Origin: Thermoplasmata archaeon
GTDB lineage: Archaea; Thermoplasmatota; Thermoplasmata; GCA-020350865
DNA length: 24,707 bases
NCBI GenBank assembly: GCA_020348445.1
Contig: CP070751.1
Coordinates: 4,192,279-4,216,985, forward strand
Direction of reading: 5' to 3'
Positions 9,477 through 18,936 of the stretch are shown one piece after another. The notes below the pieces were generated by a model, which was not told where the DNA came from, ran no database searches, and was given only the letters and a program-made list of their open reading frames with translations. The position numbers and the translations under genes were made by a program. Position 1 is the stretch's first letter. The number at the start of each line of letters is the position of its first letter.

Positions 9477-11413
9477 AATTCGAGCTGCATTCAGATTTCA
9501 AACCCAAGGGTTCACAGCCACAAGCCATTACCCAACTTTCTGATGGTTTGAAAAATGGATACAACCTTCAGACCTTATTGGGAGTGACTGGCTCTGGAAA
9601 AACTTTCTCCATGGCCAATGTCATTGCAAATGTCCAAAAACCCACCTTGGTCATTGCCCATAACAAAACGTTGGCTGCTCAACTTTACTCGGAATTTCAG
9701 GAGTTCTTCCCAAAAAACAGGGTAGAATATTTTGTTTCCTATTATGATTACTATCAACCCGAATCCTACTTACCCTCCAAAGATCAATACATTGAAAAAG
9801 ATGCCGATATAAACGAGAAGATCCAGCAGATGAGGCTTGCGGCAACTGCATCTCTTATGTCAAGACAGGATGTCATAGTTGTGGCTTCTGTATCGTGTAT
9901 ATACAGCGTTGGTGATCCCGCCAATTACTCTGGCATGGGATTCGAGATTTCTGTGGGTCAGAAGATAAAAAGAAAGGAATTGCTTACCAAGTTCATCAAC
10001 ATTCAGTATGAGAGAAACGATATGGAGTTGATGCCAGGTCGGTTCAGGGTTAAAGGGGATACAATTGACTTTGTTCTTGGATACTATGATAATATATTTC
10101 GAATCGAGATGTTCGGGGACGAAATCGAGAGGATAACTGAAATTGACAAGACCTCAGGCAATCTCATTGAGCAAAAGAGGTATTTGTTTGTCTACCCTGC
10201 AACACACTTTGTGATTCCTGAGAATGACCTGAAGATAGCAATAGAAAAGATAAAAAAGGAACTTGATGAGCGGCTCCCTAAACTTGGACTTGTGGAATCC
10301 CACAGGCTCAAACAGAGAACGCTGTACGATATCGAAATGATGGAGGAGCTTGGATACTGCAAGGGAATCGAGAACTACTCAATGCACCTTGAAGGCCGAA
10401 AGCCAGGTGAGAAGCCCTTTTGCCTGCTCGATTATTTTCCTTCGGATTTTCTGATTTTTATTGACGAATCCCACAGGACCATTCCCCAGATACACGGGAT
10501 GTACGAGGGGGATTACTCTAGAAAGAAGAATCTTGTGGAATATGGATTCAGATTGCCCTCAGCATTTGATAACCGACCCCTTAGATTTGACGAGTTTGAG
10601 CAGTACATGAAAAGAAATAAAGTGATCTTTGTCTCGGCAACCCCGGCTAGATATGAAAGGAACATTTCAAAGCAGGTGGTGGAGCAGATCATAAGGCCCA
10701 CCGGTCTTGTAGACCCCCGGGTCTCCATTCATCCAATTGAAGGTCAGATCGATGATTTGAAGAACAACCTTACAAAGACCATTGAGAGTGGTGATCGTGC
10801 TCTGGTTACTACCTTGACAAAGCGGCTTGCCGAGGAGATGAGCGAGTATCTAGCTGATTCAGGATATAAAACACGGTATCTACATTCTGAGGTTGACACA
10901 CTTGAGAGAACAGAGTTAATAAGGCAGCTGAGACTTGGTAAATTCGATATTCTTGTGGGAATAAACCTTCTTCGTGAGGGATTGGATATCCCTGAAGTGG
11001 GATTTATCGGAATTTTAGATGCTGACAAGGAGAGCTTCTTACGGGATGCAACAAGCCTGATTCAGATAATTGGAAGGGCAGCGCGTAATGTAAACTCCAA
11101 GGTAGTTTTGTACGCAGATAATCTCACAGATTCCATAAATAAGGCAGTGGAGGAGACTGAAAGAAGAAGAAATCTCCAGATGGAGTTTAATAAAGAACAG
11201 GGAATTACTCCAGCTACAATAATCAAGCCTATTAAAGAAAAGGAAGTGGATATCAAGGACACTAAACACATCCCGAAAAAGGAAATTCCCAATATGATAA
11301 TCGAGCTTGAGGCCGAGATGAGGGAGGCTGCTGAGAAGCTGGATTTTGAGAGGGCGATTGAATTGAGGGACACTGCCAAGAAGTTGAGAAAGAGGATGGG
11401 AGAAGGAATCTAG
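9473..11413 (+). CDS. uvrB: Excinuclease ABC subunit B
   Basis: GVTGSGKT, HNKTLAAQL, beta-hairpin YYDYYQPE, DESH, GINLLREGLDIPEV, QIIGRAAR and C-terminal UVR domain. ATGA overlap with uvrC. Confidence 0.98.
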   Translation: MKFELHSDFKPKGSQPQAITQLSDGLKNGYNLQTLLGVTGSGKTFSMANVIANVQKPTLVIAHNKTLAAQLYSEFQEFFPKNRVEYFVSYYDYYQPESYLPSKDQYIEKDADINEKIQQMRLAATASLMSRQDVIVVASVSCIYSVGDPANYSGMGFEISVGQKIKRKELLTKFINIQYERNDMELMPGRFRVKGDTIDFVLGYYDNIFRIEMFGDEIERITEIDKTSGNLIEQKRYLFVYPATHFVIPENDLKIAIEKIKKELDERLPKLGLVESHRLKQRTLYDIEMMEELGYCKGIENYSMHLEGRKPGEKPFCLLDYFPSDFLIFIDESHRTIPQIHGMYEGDYSRKKNLVEYGFRLPSAFDNRPLRFDEFEQYMKRNKVIFVSATPARYERNISKQVVEQIIRPTGLVDPRVSIHPIEGQIDDLKNNLTKTIESGDRALVTTLTKRLAEEMSEYLADSGYKTRYLHSEVDTLERTELIRQLRLGKFDILVGINLLREGLDIPEVGFIGILDADKESFLRDATSLIQIIGRAARNVNSKVVLYADNLTDSINKAVEETERRRNLQMEFNKEQGITPATIIKPIKEKEVDIKDTKHIPKKEIPNMIIELEAEMREAAEKLDFERAIELRDTAKKLRKRMGEGI

Positions 11414-11442
11414 AAGTAACATTTTATATGGGGAATTTTAAA

Positions 11443-11771
11443 ATGAGAGTTTGGGACATTGATCCACGGAAATTATGCAGGAATCACTTACTGGGTGAAC
11501 ATCGGGAAATACATGCGATTTGGGTAATTATAAATGAAAATAAGAAAGGCTACCAAAATCACCCTAGACTATAAGGTGGAAAGGAAAATTGCATGCACTT
11601 TACTTAAGGCATCAGATAGTTGCTGATGAAATGATTAAAAGACGTTTTAATCATAAAAGTCCTTTGGAGAATAGGCTGGCTAAAGGGAAAGAAAGACAGG
11701 ATCAATTTGTTGATTCACTCGAGGACCAGATTAAAATATTAAAGGTTAAAAAATGTAACTGCAGGATCTGA
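11443..11771 (+). pseudogene. Pyrimidine-dimer DNA glycosylase / T4 endonuclease V (DenV)-like gene with a 1-nt deletion frameshift
   Basis: ATG 11443 gives MRVWDIDPRKLCRNHLLGEHREIHAIWVIINENKKGYQNHP, then AGA CTA TAA (stop 11572-11574). Adding one base after CCT (11565) restores ETIRWKGKLHALYLRHQIVADEMIKRRFNHKSPL...KCNCRI, which joins track ORF 11589..11771. LCRNHLLGEHRE aligns by eye with T4 DenV LADQHLMAEYRE (catalytic Glu). Confidence 0.85.
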
Positions 11772-11773
11772 TC

Positions 11774-12547
11774 CTAAGAGGGTCTTAACGTACCTGCAAA
11801 TACCTGCCATGCAAGTGCTGATTTTGCCACAAGGCTGAGTATGACATACATTCTCTCGCCGTATAAATAGTCCTTCCATTTTCTGAACTTCTTGTATTGC
11901 AGAACCATGTTTATTGCAAAGCTGTTAAACAGTATTGCTATGGTTATGAATATGTAGTACACAAAATCAGGTGGTCCCCCCTCATCTCCACCTGCACCGA
12001 AAAGCCATATGAAAATAACGATCCACGGAATAATTCCAGCTATGCACCCGTAAATAAAGGGTCTCCAGTCTGTTTTTTTTGTATACTGGTTGTGGACCTC
12101 CATCCTCAGTCCAAACAGAATCATCATGGCATTTAGGAAGAATAATGCCAAAAGAGTGCCTATATCGTAAACTCCTGTGAGCATTGCGATAATCCATATC
12201 ATTAATGACGCACTAATGGAGTACTCGTACCACCTGTACCTATTTATACCCTTTTTAAGACCAGCCACATACTTATCGTACAGGACTGTGGCAATCATCA
12301 GATGAGCAATGGCTGAAATAAAAAGAAAGGAAGCCACCATGGGTCCTATTCTCAGGTCAAATAGGGTCACAGTGGCGGGATTCAAGGTTTCTGTTGCCGG
12401 GTCGAACTCAAGATAGCTTCTGGTCACAGGGAGGGTAAAATCATTGCTTAAAACGAGCATTAAGGCCCCCTGGATCAGGTGTAATATTCCCATAATCAAA
12501 TTGAAGTTTTTCAATTTCTTGAACTTTATTTCCTGTGATTCGTCCAT
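11774..12547 (-). CDS. heR: Heliorhodopsin
   Basis: Seven hydrophobic segments; basic N-terminus KFKKLK (inverted topology); GILHLIQ and SAIAHL histidines; RWYEYSISAS counterion motif; SLVAK retinal-binding Lys; C-terminal WQVFAGTLRP like TaHeR. ATG 12547 has GAGGGG upstream. Confidence 0.97.
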   Translation of the reverse strand: MDESQEIKFKKLKNFNLIMGILHLIQGALMLVLSNDFTLPVTRSYLEFDPATETLNPATVTLFDLRIGPMVASFLFISAIAHLMIATVLYDKYVAGLKKGINRYRWYEYSISASLMIWIIAMLTGVYDIGTLLALFFLNAMMILFGLRMEVHNQYTKKTDWRPFIYGCIAGIIPWIVIFIWLFGAGGDEGGPPDFVYYIFITIAILFNSFAINMVLQYKKFRKWKDYLYGERMYVILSLVAKSALAWQVFAGTLRPS

Positions 12548-12590
12548 GACAATCCCCCTCATCCTGATTTTAGATTAAAAGGAGATAATG

Positions 12591-12606
12591 TATAATAAGC
12601 TTTTAT
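12591..12606 (-). promoter_or_regulatory. BRE-TATA promoter of heliorhodopsin
   Basis: Minus strand reads ATAAAAG-CTTATTATA, 43 nt upstream of the ATG. Confidence 0.5.
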
Positions 12607-12714
12607 GTTAAATTGTATTTGATATTTGGAGTCCCCTGTGTAACTCAACAAAAGGATTATTAAATTCTATGCCTTCTATGTTCCTGAAGTGTGGATCTTA
12701 GGGGGTAAAAACAT

Positions 12715-12912
12715 TTGGAAAAGGAAAGCAGATTAAGGTTCATATATATCATTTTAGCAATCCCCATGTTTAGTTTCGGAGTCAGGTTTATAATATTCTG
12801 GGGGATACTCCTCCCACTGGATTTAACTGAGAGAGTATTGTATACATCCCTTGGAATAATCCTGGTATTAGCTTCATTGTACTGTTTTAACAAGGTTATT
12901 TGGTTTGAATAA
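12715..12912 (+). CDS. Small two-TM membrane protein, hypothetical, divergent from heR
   Basis: 65 aa with two clear hydrophobic helices; TTG start preceded by GGGGGT. Confidence 0.45.
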   Translation: MEKESRLRFIYIILAIPMFSFGVRFIIFWGILLPLDLTERVLYTSLGIILVLASLYCFNKVIWFE

Positions 12913-12926
12913 AAAATATTCTCATA

Positions 12927-12965
12927 TCACCCAGCTGTCCTCTCCCTTATCGTCTTCTTAGTATC
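12927..12965 (-). repeat. Orphan copy of the last 13 codons of the ABC permease gene (direct repeat, copy A)
   Basis: 35/39 nt identical to 13419..13457; reads [12 protein letters not shown] versus [12 protein letters not shown]. Confidence 0.9.
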
Positions 12966-13030
12966 CAATTTTCAAGAATCCCCCATTGAACCAACGGAGG
13001 TCCAACAAATAAAATTAAGTAAGCATTATT

Positions 13031-13375
13031 TCAATAATACCGTCGACAGTAGTAACAATACCATCTACCCTTAACTTCTATAAAGGTTAGTGGTTGTTTA
13101 CAATTCATGCAATGCCCACCTCGTAAATATATTTTTTTTGTAGTTAATGGCTCATCAATCAAACCAAGAAATAAGATCACAATGCCAATGAAAATAGGAA
13201 TTGAAAAAATGATTAAACAAGGTAATATAGCAGTTTTAGCTATTTCATGGTAATATGGGTATTCTTCAGAAGCTCTATTTGTTGCATCAACTATTAAGTA
13301 AATAGGAATAATACCTATGCAAATTAAAAATATACCAGTAAAAATCTGAACTTTTCTTATATTCGCGACCTTCAT
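13031..13375 (-). CDS. Two-TM membrane protein with C-terminal zinc ribbon
   Basis: Two hydrophobic helices followed by CMNCKQPL...WYCYYCRRYY (CxxC...CxxC). Visibly more AT-rich than the neighbouring permease. Confidence 0.75.
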   Translation of the reverse strand: MKVANIRKVQIFTGIFLICIGIIPIYLIVDATNRASEEYPYYHEIAKTAILPCLIIFSIPIFIGIVILFLGLIDEPLTTKKIYLRGGHCMNCKQPLTFIEVKGRWYCYYCRRYY

Positions 13376-13418
13376 GTAAGAATGTATTAATTACCAACTA
13401 TAGATAGTTTAGGTAAAT

Positions 13419-13457
13419 TTACCCAGCTGTCCTTTCCCTAATCGTCTTCTCAGTATC
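13419..13457 (-). repeat. 3' end of the permease gene (direct repeat, copy B)
   Basis: TTACCCAGCTGTCCTTTCCCTAATCGTCTTCTCAGTATC on the + strand; matches 12927..12965. Confidence 0.9.
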
Positions 13458-15749
13458 AATGCTCCTCGCGTATCTAATTGGGACAAATGACGAGATCTCA
13501 ACAAACAACATCCCAAGCACTAGTATTATGAAAGTTGAACTTACAATAAAGACGATGGGGAAGTAGAATATCACATCCTCCATGACCCTGGCAAGGATCT
13601 CGGCAAAGAGATATGCAAAGGGTATACTGACGATGGCTGATAGGACTCCTAAAAAGCCCATTTCGATCATTATGGACTTGGCAGTTTGCCATTTTGAGAT
13701 TCCCAGGGTATCAAGAGTCGCGTATTCCACGTCTCTCTCCATTGTGGATATTATGACTGCCGAGCCTGCCACTGCTATTGTAATGAGTAATTGCAGGAAG
13801 AAGAAGAAGCCAAGCATTCCCTCGGCCATGACCAAAAGCTCATCATAGGTCTCAACAATATCATTCTGGACGACAACGTAACCCACCGTGTCCTGTGCCC
13901 TGATGTTACTGACCTTCTCGTCTATTAGGGTTTCATCTGTAAACTTGATGAAAGCTCCTGAGGAGTTGTCGGCCGGAAACAGGGGAGCTATCCTCTCCCT
14001 GGTGGTGTAAACAGAGTAGATTATCATGTCATTGATGGTGCCCGTGACCTTGAGGTTGACAGTATCTTCGCCGAAGGTCAATTTGATGGTGTCTCCGATA
14101 TCGGTATTAAGGTCAATTGCGAGCTTGTTGGAAATGACGGCACCATCCTCAAAATCAAGTTTCCCTTTCTGTACATCAAAGTCTTTGATGAGCCTAAGAT
14201 CGTCTGAGGCCATAATCACGGTGCCTTTGCTTTCGCTTCCTTTACTTGCCTCGGCTTTCATGTAAGCGTAAGGAGCGATCCATTTTGTATCTCCTGGACT
14301 TAGTCCAAGAAAGGTTTCGTCGATAGAGTCCGTGGGCATTGTGGACACGAAGTCGGCCCTGATATCCCATTTTTCATTTTGCAGCTGCTCCCTTACATAG
14401 CCATAAGCCGAATCCGCCATAATAAGCCAGCTGCCTGCCGCTCCAATGGTTATGGCTATCACGATAATAGTTATGGTAGTCCTTCTTGGATTTCGGACAG
14501 TGTTTCTTAATCCCATTGTGGTCATCATTGACCTTCTGGTGTTAGATTTCTTGGTCCTTCTTACACCCATTCTCGGTTTATATTCAAGGGCGTCCCTAAC
14601 TGTGGCTCTTGTAATGAACCAGACCGGGACATATGCCGACACCAAAACAGTCACTATTATGGCGAAGATGGATATTGCAAATGGCATTATGGATAGGGGA
14701 TAAACTACCTCGTACGAGATACCGAAGAAAGCGATCTGGAAATCTATTATTCCTACCGCAAACCAAATTCCAAATATAATTCCCAATCCTACTCCGATTA
14801 TTCCTATCACAAATCCAAGTGCCATATAGGCCCGGGTTATCTCCCTTTTGGTGTAACCCAGTGACATAAGCACACCAATATATCGGGAATCACTCTGAAC
14901 CAATCGTATCATGGTCATGAATATTGAGATAAAGCCCACTAAAAGAAAGATTATGCTCATAACAGGCATCATGTTCCTCATCTTGCTAGAACCAGTTCTC
15001 ATGAATGCACGGGAAGGATGCTCGTTTTGATAAGTAACTGATTTAACGCCAACACCTGAAAGCGACGATATGACACTGGCATCATCTCCACCATCAGAAA
15101 GGAGCACCGTGACCTCGTTTACAACTGGCCCCATGCCAGTTACGGTCTGCAGCTCAGAAAGGGGCATAATAATAATAACAAGAGTCCCTGTAGCCGGGAG
15201 TGAATAGTCTCCAAATGCATTGGAGAACAAAAACTCAGGTCCAGTTGCGGTACCCGTGATTTTAAGGTCCATTTCATTGCCCATGAGCTCAAAATGCAGT
15301 ACCTTGTCGATTTCGACACCCTTTGCCTCCATTCCAGTTGTGGCCACGGCTTCCCCCTGGGACTGGGGGAAATTACCCTTGACAAGCTCTAATATGTTTA
15401 TGTCCTTCCTTTCCAGGTTCTCGACACCATAGAACAGGGCTGGTATAATCTCACCCTCACGATCGTATATGCCCATGAGTTTGAGACGGGATTGGTATGC
15501 TTTGACATCCTCTACTCCACTTAGGACAAAATTCACATCTGATTCATTTACTGGGGCTGAGAGGTCCATAAAGAGATCTGGCATGCGGCCATCCTCAAAA
15601 TACGTCTCTATACTTGCGTCCATCATGTCGCCGCTGTATAGGCCCGCTAGGAATAAGGCCATGGCAAGGGATATGACCAGGACTATTGTGAAGGTGCGCC
15701 CCTTCATGCGCTTCAATTTCCTTAAGACGCTCTTTGTTATGGTTTTCAT
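13419..15749 (-). CDS. ABC transporter permease, MacB/FtsX family (tandem duplicated)
   Basis: 776 aa with two repeats of TM, large extracellular domain and 3 TM; [10 protein letters not shown] and [10 protein letters not shown] FtsX-like motifs. Confidence 0.88.
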   Translation of the reverse strand: MKTITKSVLRKLKRMKGRTFTIVLVISLAMALFLAGLYSGDMMDASIETYFEDGRMPDLFMDLSAPVNESDVNFVLSGVEDVKAYQSRLKLMGIYDREGEIIPALFYGVENLERKDINILELVKGNFPQSQGEAVATTGMEAKGVEIDKVLHFELMGNEMDLKITGTATGPEFLFSNAFGDYSLPATGTLVIIIMPLSELQTVTGMGPVVNEVTVLLSDGGDDASVISSLSGVGVKSVTYQNEHPSRAFMRTGSSKMRNMMPVMSIIFLLVGFISIFMTMIRLVQSDSRYIGVLMSLGYTKREITRAYMALGFVIGIIGVGLGIIFGIWFAVGIIDFQIAFFGISYEVVYPLSIMPFAISIFAIIVTVLVSAYVPVWFITRATVRDALEYKPRMGVRRTKKSNTRRSMMTTMGLRNTVRNPRRTTITIIVIAITIGAAGSWLIMADSAYGYVREQLQNEKWDIRADFVSTMPTDSIDETFLGLSPGDTKWIAPYAYMKAEASKGSESKGTVIMASDDLRLIKDFDVQKGKLDFEDGAVISNKLAIDLNTDIGDTIKLTFGEDTVNLKVTGTINDMIIYSVYTTRERIAPLFPADNSSGAFIKFTDETLIDEKVSNIRAQDTVGYVVVQNDIVETYDELLVMAEGMLGFFFFLQLLITIAVAGSAVIISTMERDVEYATLDTLGISKWQTAKSIMIEMGFLGVLSAIVSIPFAYLFAEILARVMEDVIFYFPIVFIVSSTFIILVLGMLFVEISSFVPIRYARSIDTEKTIRERTAG

Positions 15750-15762
15750 TTATTTCACCGCA

Positions 15763-16437
15763 TCAGGTTGGTGTTAATTTTCCCCTGCGCAATATCAATG
15801 TCCTGTTTACAAATTTCTTGAGGTCTGAATTGTGGGACACTATCAGGAACGTCATCTTTAGCTCCTTTTGCAGCTTCTGCATCAATTCCATGATGTTCTC
15901 GCCCCTTTCCTCATCAAGGTTTCCAGTGGGCTCGTCTGCCAAAATTAGCTTGGGCTCTTTTGCTAATGCTCTTGCTATGGCCACCCTCTGCTGTTCACCT
16001 GCTGAGAGTTCTTGAGGTATGTTGTCTAACTTGTCTGAAAGACCCACCAGTTTCAGGTATTTTTCCGCTCTTTCTCTCAACTCCTTCTTATCCTGTATCA
16101 CTGCCTCGATACCTAGTATCACGTTTTCTAAAGCTGTTAGTGTTGGTATCAGGTTGTAGAACTGGAATATAAATCCAACCTCTGTCCTTCTGAACTTGTT
16201 CAGCTCCTTGGAAGAAAGTTCGTGGAGGTTGTTCCCAGCCACGGTAATAGTTCCATCAGTGGGCTTGTCTATTCCGCCTAAGAGATTTAAAAGAGTTGTC
16301 TTGCCGCAGCCAGATGGACCCATGATCATGATCATTTCACCGGGATTTGCTGTCATTTCCAGGTCGATGAGCACCTTTGTCTCCAGTTTTCCCGTGGTAT
16401 AACTCTTATCAAGGTTTGAGATTTCAATTAATGCCAT
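15763..16437 (-). CDS. ABC transporter ATP-binding protein (LolD/MacB-like)
   Basis: Walker [11 protein letters not shown]-loop GFIFQFYNL, signature LSAGEQQR, Walker [13 protein letters not shown]-loop SHN. Confidence 0.96.
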   Translation of the reverse strand: MALIEISNLDKSYTTGKLETKVLIDLEMTANPGEMIMIMGPSGCGKTTLLNLLGGIDKPTDGTITVAGNNLHELSSKELNKFRRTEVGFIFQFYNLIPTLTALENVILGIEAVIQDKKELRERAEKYLKLVGLSDKLDNIPQELSAGEQQRVAIARALAKEPKLILADEPTGNLDEERGENIMELMQKLQKELKMTFLIVSHNSDLKKFVNRTLILRRGKLTPT

Positions 16438-16515
16438 TTTACCACCACTTTTTTATTTTCATATAGGGATATGTACACATAACTTGATAATATTTGAGCC
16501 TCTCATTTAGGGTAG

Positions 16516-16523
16516 TTTATATA
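16516..16523 (+). promoter_or_regulatory. TATA box for the HTH regulator (probably leaderless)
   Basis: TTTATATA, 22 nt upstream of ATG 16546. Confidence 0.55.
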
Positions 16524-16545
16524 CCCTTATATCCTTTACCCCATT

Positions 16546-17196
16546 ATGCGAAAGATGAGCATCGAGTTTGTGCCCGACGAGAAAATTATGAAATTACAGG
16601 CGCAAATGCTGGATAAAATCGAATCCTTGGAGCTTGTGGAGCTTCTGAGGGTGGATTTTGAAAAGGGAATAAAGCTGGGTGTGATGCAGGCCAATGTGAA
16701 AGAGGGGTATGTTATAGAGGATGTGGAGCTTCCAGACCATGTGGAGTATCTCAACCAGCTAAAATCAGATGGCAACAAATACATATGTATTGTGAAAGTC
16801 AAGGTACCCAAGGAATTTAGAAAGATGATGAGGGATTTTAAACTGGATCTTATATGGACCACGCCTTCCATGATATCCATGGACAAATTCATAATAAGCT
16901 GTATAGGGGAAGAGGAGGAGCTGAGAAAATTCCTTGAGCTTATCAAAGGTGTAGGAACCATCAAAAACATCAGCTTCAAAAAGGCTGCTTACCAAGAGCA
17001 TGACATCCTATCCACCCTCACTGATAAACAAAGGGAAATAATAATTGCAGCCAAGCAAAATGGATACTACGACATGCCCAGGAAGATCTCAAGCGAGGAA
17101 CTCTCAAAAAAGGTGGGAATCTCCAGGGCCACTTTACTTGAGCACCTGAGAAAGGCAGAGGTTAGGTTAATGGAAAATATTTTGGGTGGGTATTGA
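16546..17196 (+). CDS. Archaeal transcription regulator with C-terminal bacterio-opsin-activator-type HTH (HTH_10)
   Basis: C-terminal LTDKQREIIIAAKQNGYYDMPRKISSEELSKKVGISRATLLEHLRKAE; no PAS/GAF domain evident. Confidence 0.88.
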   Translation: MRKMSIEFVPDEKIMKLQAQMLDKIESLELVELLRVDFEKGIKLGVMQANVKEGYVIEDVELPDHVEYLNQLKSDGNKYICIVKVKVPKEFRKMMRDFKLDLIWTTPSMISMDKFIISCIGEEEELRKFLELIKGVGTIKNISFKKAAYQEHDILSTLTDKQREIIIAAKQNGYYDMPRKISSEELSKKVGISRATLLEHLRKAEVRLMENILGGY

Positions 17197-18936
17197 TTAT
17201 TTATTGCCTCTGATATTTTCAGTTTCTTTCTGAATAATTTCAAAGGTTTCGGGATCGATTACTATCCCATAATCCTCTTTAGCCTTTTCAATGGATATGA
17301 TGCCGTTTTTTACCTCTTCTTGAACTTTTTCTTTGGGTCTTTTAAATGGATCTCCGTACCCTCCTCCTCCCCCTGCCTGTTGAAATAGAATTGCTCCATT
17401 TGGTACCTTTTCCACAAGGTCTTTTGTGGTGGTCTTGTAGATCTTACCATCTGGGTATGTGATCTCGATCTTGTTGAGTGTGCCTTCTTTTCCCCCGAAC
17501 AATCCAAATGCAGGCTCCACATCGCCGTCGCCAAAAGTGACTACTGTTGTGTTATCGCCTCCTATTTTGAACATTGTTTCCACGCCCAGTCCACCCCTGA
17601 ATTGCCCTGCCCCTGCAGAGTCCTGCCATAATTCATGGAGAATTAGAAAATGCGGTGTCTGCTGCTCAAACATCTCGTAGTCCTGATCCAAAACTCCCCC
17701 TGATGCGTCTATCATACCGATGTGGTCGTACCCGTCCACTCCTTTTGTTCCCCCGCTTCCGCCTTTTAGACCCAAGAACCCAATGTCTACGTATTTGTCC
17801 CTCTTTCTCGTGTCAAATCCTGTAGTGAGGTAGCATAATAATTGGTTCCAGCCTGCAGTTATTCTCTCTGGAATTACTTCGGAAAGTGCTCTTATAATTG
17901 CATCTGCATTAGGTGGGCAAAGGTGGTTTCCGAATGTGGTTGCTGCAGGATATTTGGCGTTTAATATTGTTCCTTCTGGGATGATGATGGAAATTGGCTT
18001 TACCATGCCATCATTGTGGGGAATATCTGGATTGACCATCTGAAGGAATGTGAGTGTAGTTGCCGAGGCAGAGGATGTGTATGTTCCGTTTACAAAGCCG
18101 TCTGTTTGAGGATCTGTTTCTGAGTAATCGAAGGTGATTTTTTCGTTTTCTACAGTTATCTTTACTCTGATCTTGTATTTGGAGCCAGGGGTTTTACCGT
18201 CGTAATAAACAGTGGATTCACCCTCGTAAATCCCATTGGGGATGGTCTTGATTTCGGCCTTCATCATCTTTTCTGTGGAGTCAAAGAGATAATTCTTATG
18301 GGACTCGAATGTTTCTTTTCCGTATTTCTCAACCAACTTAAGAATACCCCTTTCTCCAACTACGCAGGATCCGATCTGGGCCTTCATGTCCTCTGCCACG
18401 ATATCGAATCTTATGTTGGCGAATATCAGGTCCCAGACATCCTTTCTTAATTTGCCTTTCTCGTATACTTTGACTGGAGGGATTCTAAGAGCTTCCTGCC
18501 AGACCTCTGTTGCATTTGGATTGTACCCACCTGCGACTGCGCCTCCTATATCTGCTTGATGACCCTTGCAGGCTGACCAGGCTATGAGTTCGTTCTTATA
18601 GAAGATTGGCTTGTAAACTGCCACATCGTTGTTCTGGTTGCCCAGGGAGAACACATCATTGTGGAAGATGACGTCTCCTTCGTAAATCTCTTCTCCAAAG
18701 TACTTGACTATGTACTCGCAGACTGGCCCTAATGAAAATGATAAAATTGGAAGGTTTTCGGTCTGCTCCAACATTTTACCCTTGGAGTCGTATAGACCTG
18801 TGACAAAATCCTTGGCCTCGCAGAGAATTGGAGAGCGGGTTGTCTTTGTAAGAGCAATGCTCATCTCTTCTGTGATGGACTTAAACCTTCGAGCAAATAC
18901 TGAGGCAAGTATCTTGTCTATTTTATCCTTATTCAT
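17197..18936 (-). CDS. Hydantoinase B / oxoprolinase family protein (N-methylhydantoinase B / acetophenone carboxylase delta-like)
   Basis: ITEEMSIALTKTTRSPILCEAKDF, IFHNDVF..GNQNND, HQADIGG, WQEALRIPP, GAGQFRGGLG, GGGGYGDP. ATGA overlap with subunit A. Confidence 0.92.
   Translation of the reverse strand: MNKDKIDKILASVFARRFKSITEEMSIALTKTTRSPILCEAKDFVTGLYDSKGKMLEQTENLPILSFSLGPVCEYIVKYFGEEIYEGDVIFHNDVFSLGNQNNDVAVYKPIFYKNELIAWSACKGHQADIGGAVAGGYNPNATEVWQEALRIPPVKVYEKGKLRKDVWDLIFANIRFDIVAEDMKAQIGSCVVGERGILKLVEKYGKETFESHKNYLFDSTEKMMKAEIKTIPNGIYEGESTVYYDGKTPGSKYKIRVKITVENEKITFDYSETDPQTDGFVNGTYTSSASATTLTFLQMVNPDIPHNDGMVKPISIIIPEGTILNAKYPAATTFGNHLCPPNADAIIRALSEVIPERITAGWNQLLCYLTTGFDTRKRDKYVDIGFLGLKGGSGGTKGVDGYDHIGMIDASGGVLDQDYEMFEQQTPHFLILHELWQDSAGAGQFRGGLGVETMFKIGGDNTTVVTFGDGDVEPAFGLFGGKEGTLNKIEITYPDGKIYKTTTKDLVEKVPNGAILFQQAGGGGGYGDPFKRPKEKVQEEVKNGIISIEKAKEDYGIVIDPETFEIIQKETENIRGNK

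Noticed and set aside
12660-12893. Minus-strand 77-aa ORF
   Set aside because: It overlaps the more plausible two-TM ORF 12715..12912, which has an RBS; no motif.
16546-17196. Calling the HTH protein a true bacterio-opsin activator (bat) for heR
   Set aside because: It lacks Bat's PAS/LOV and GAF sensor domains, and HTH_10 regulators are widespread in archaea without opsins; kept only as a hypothesis.
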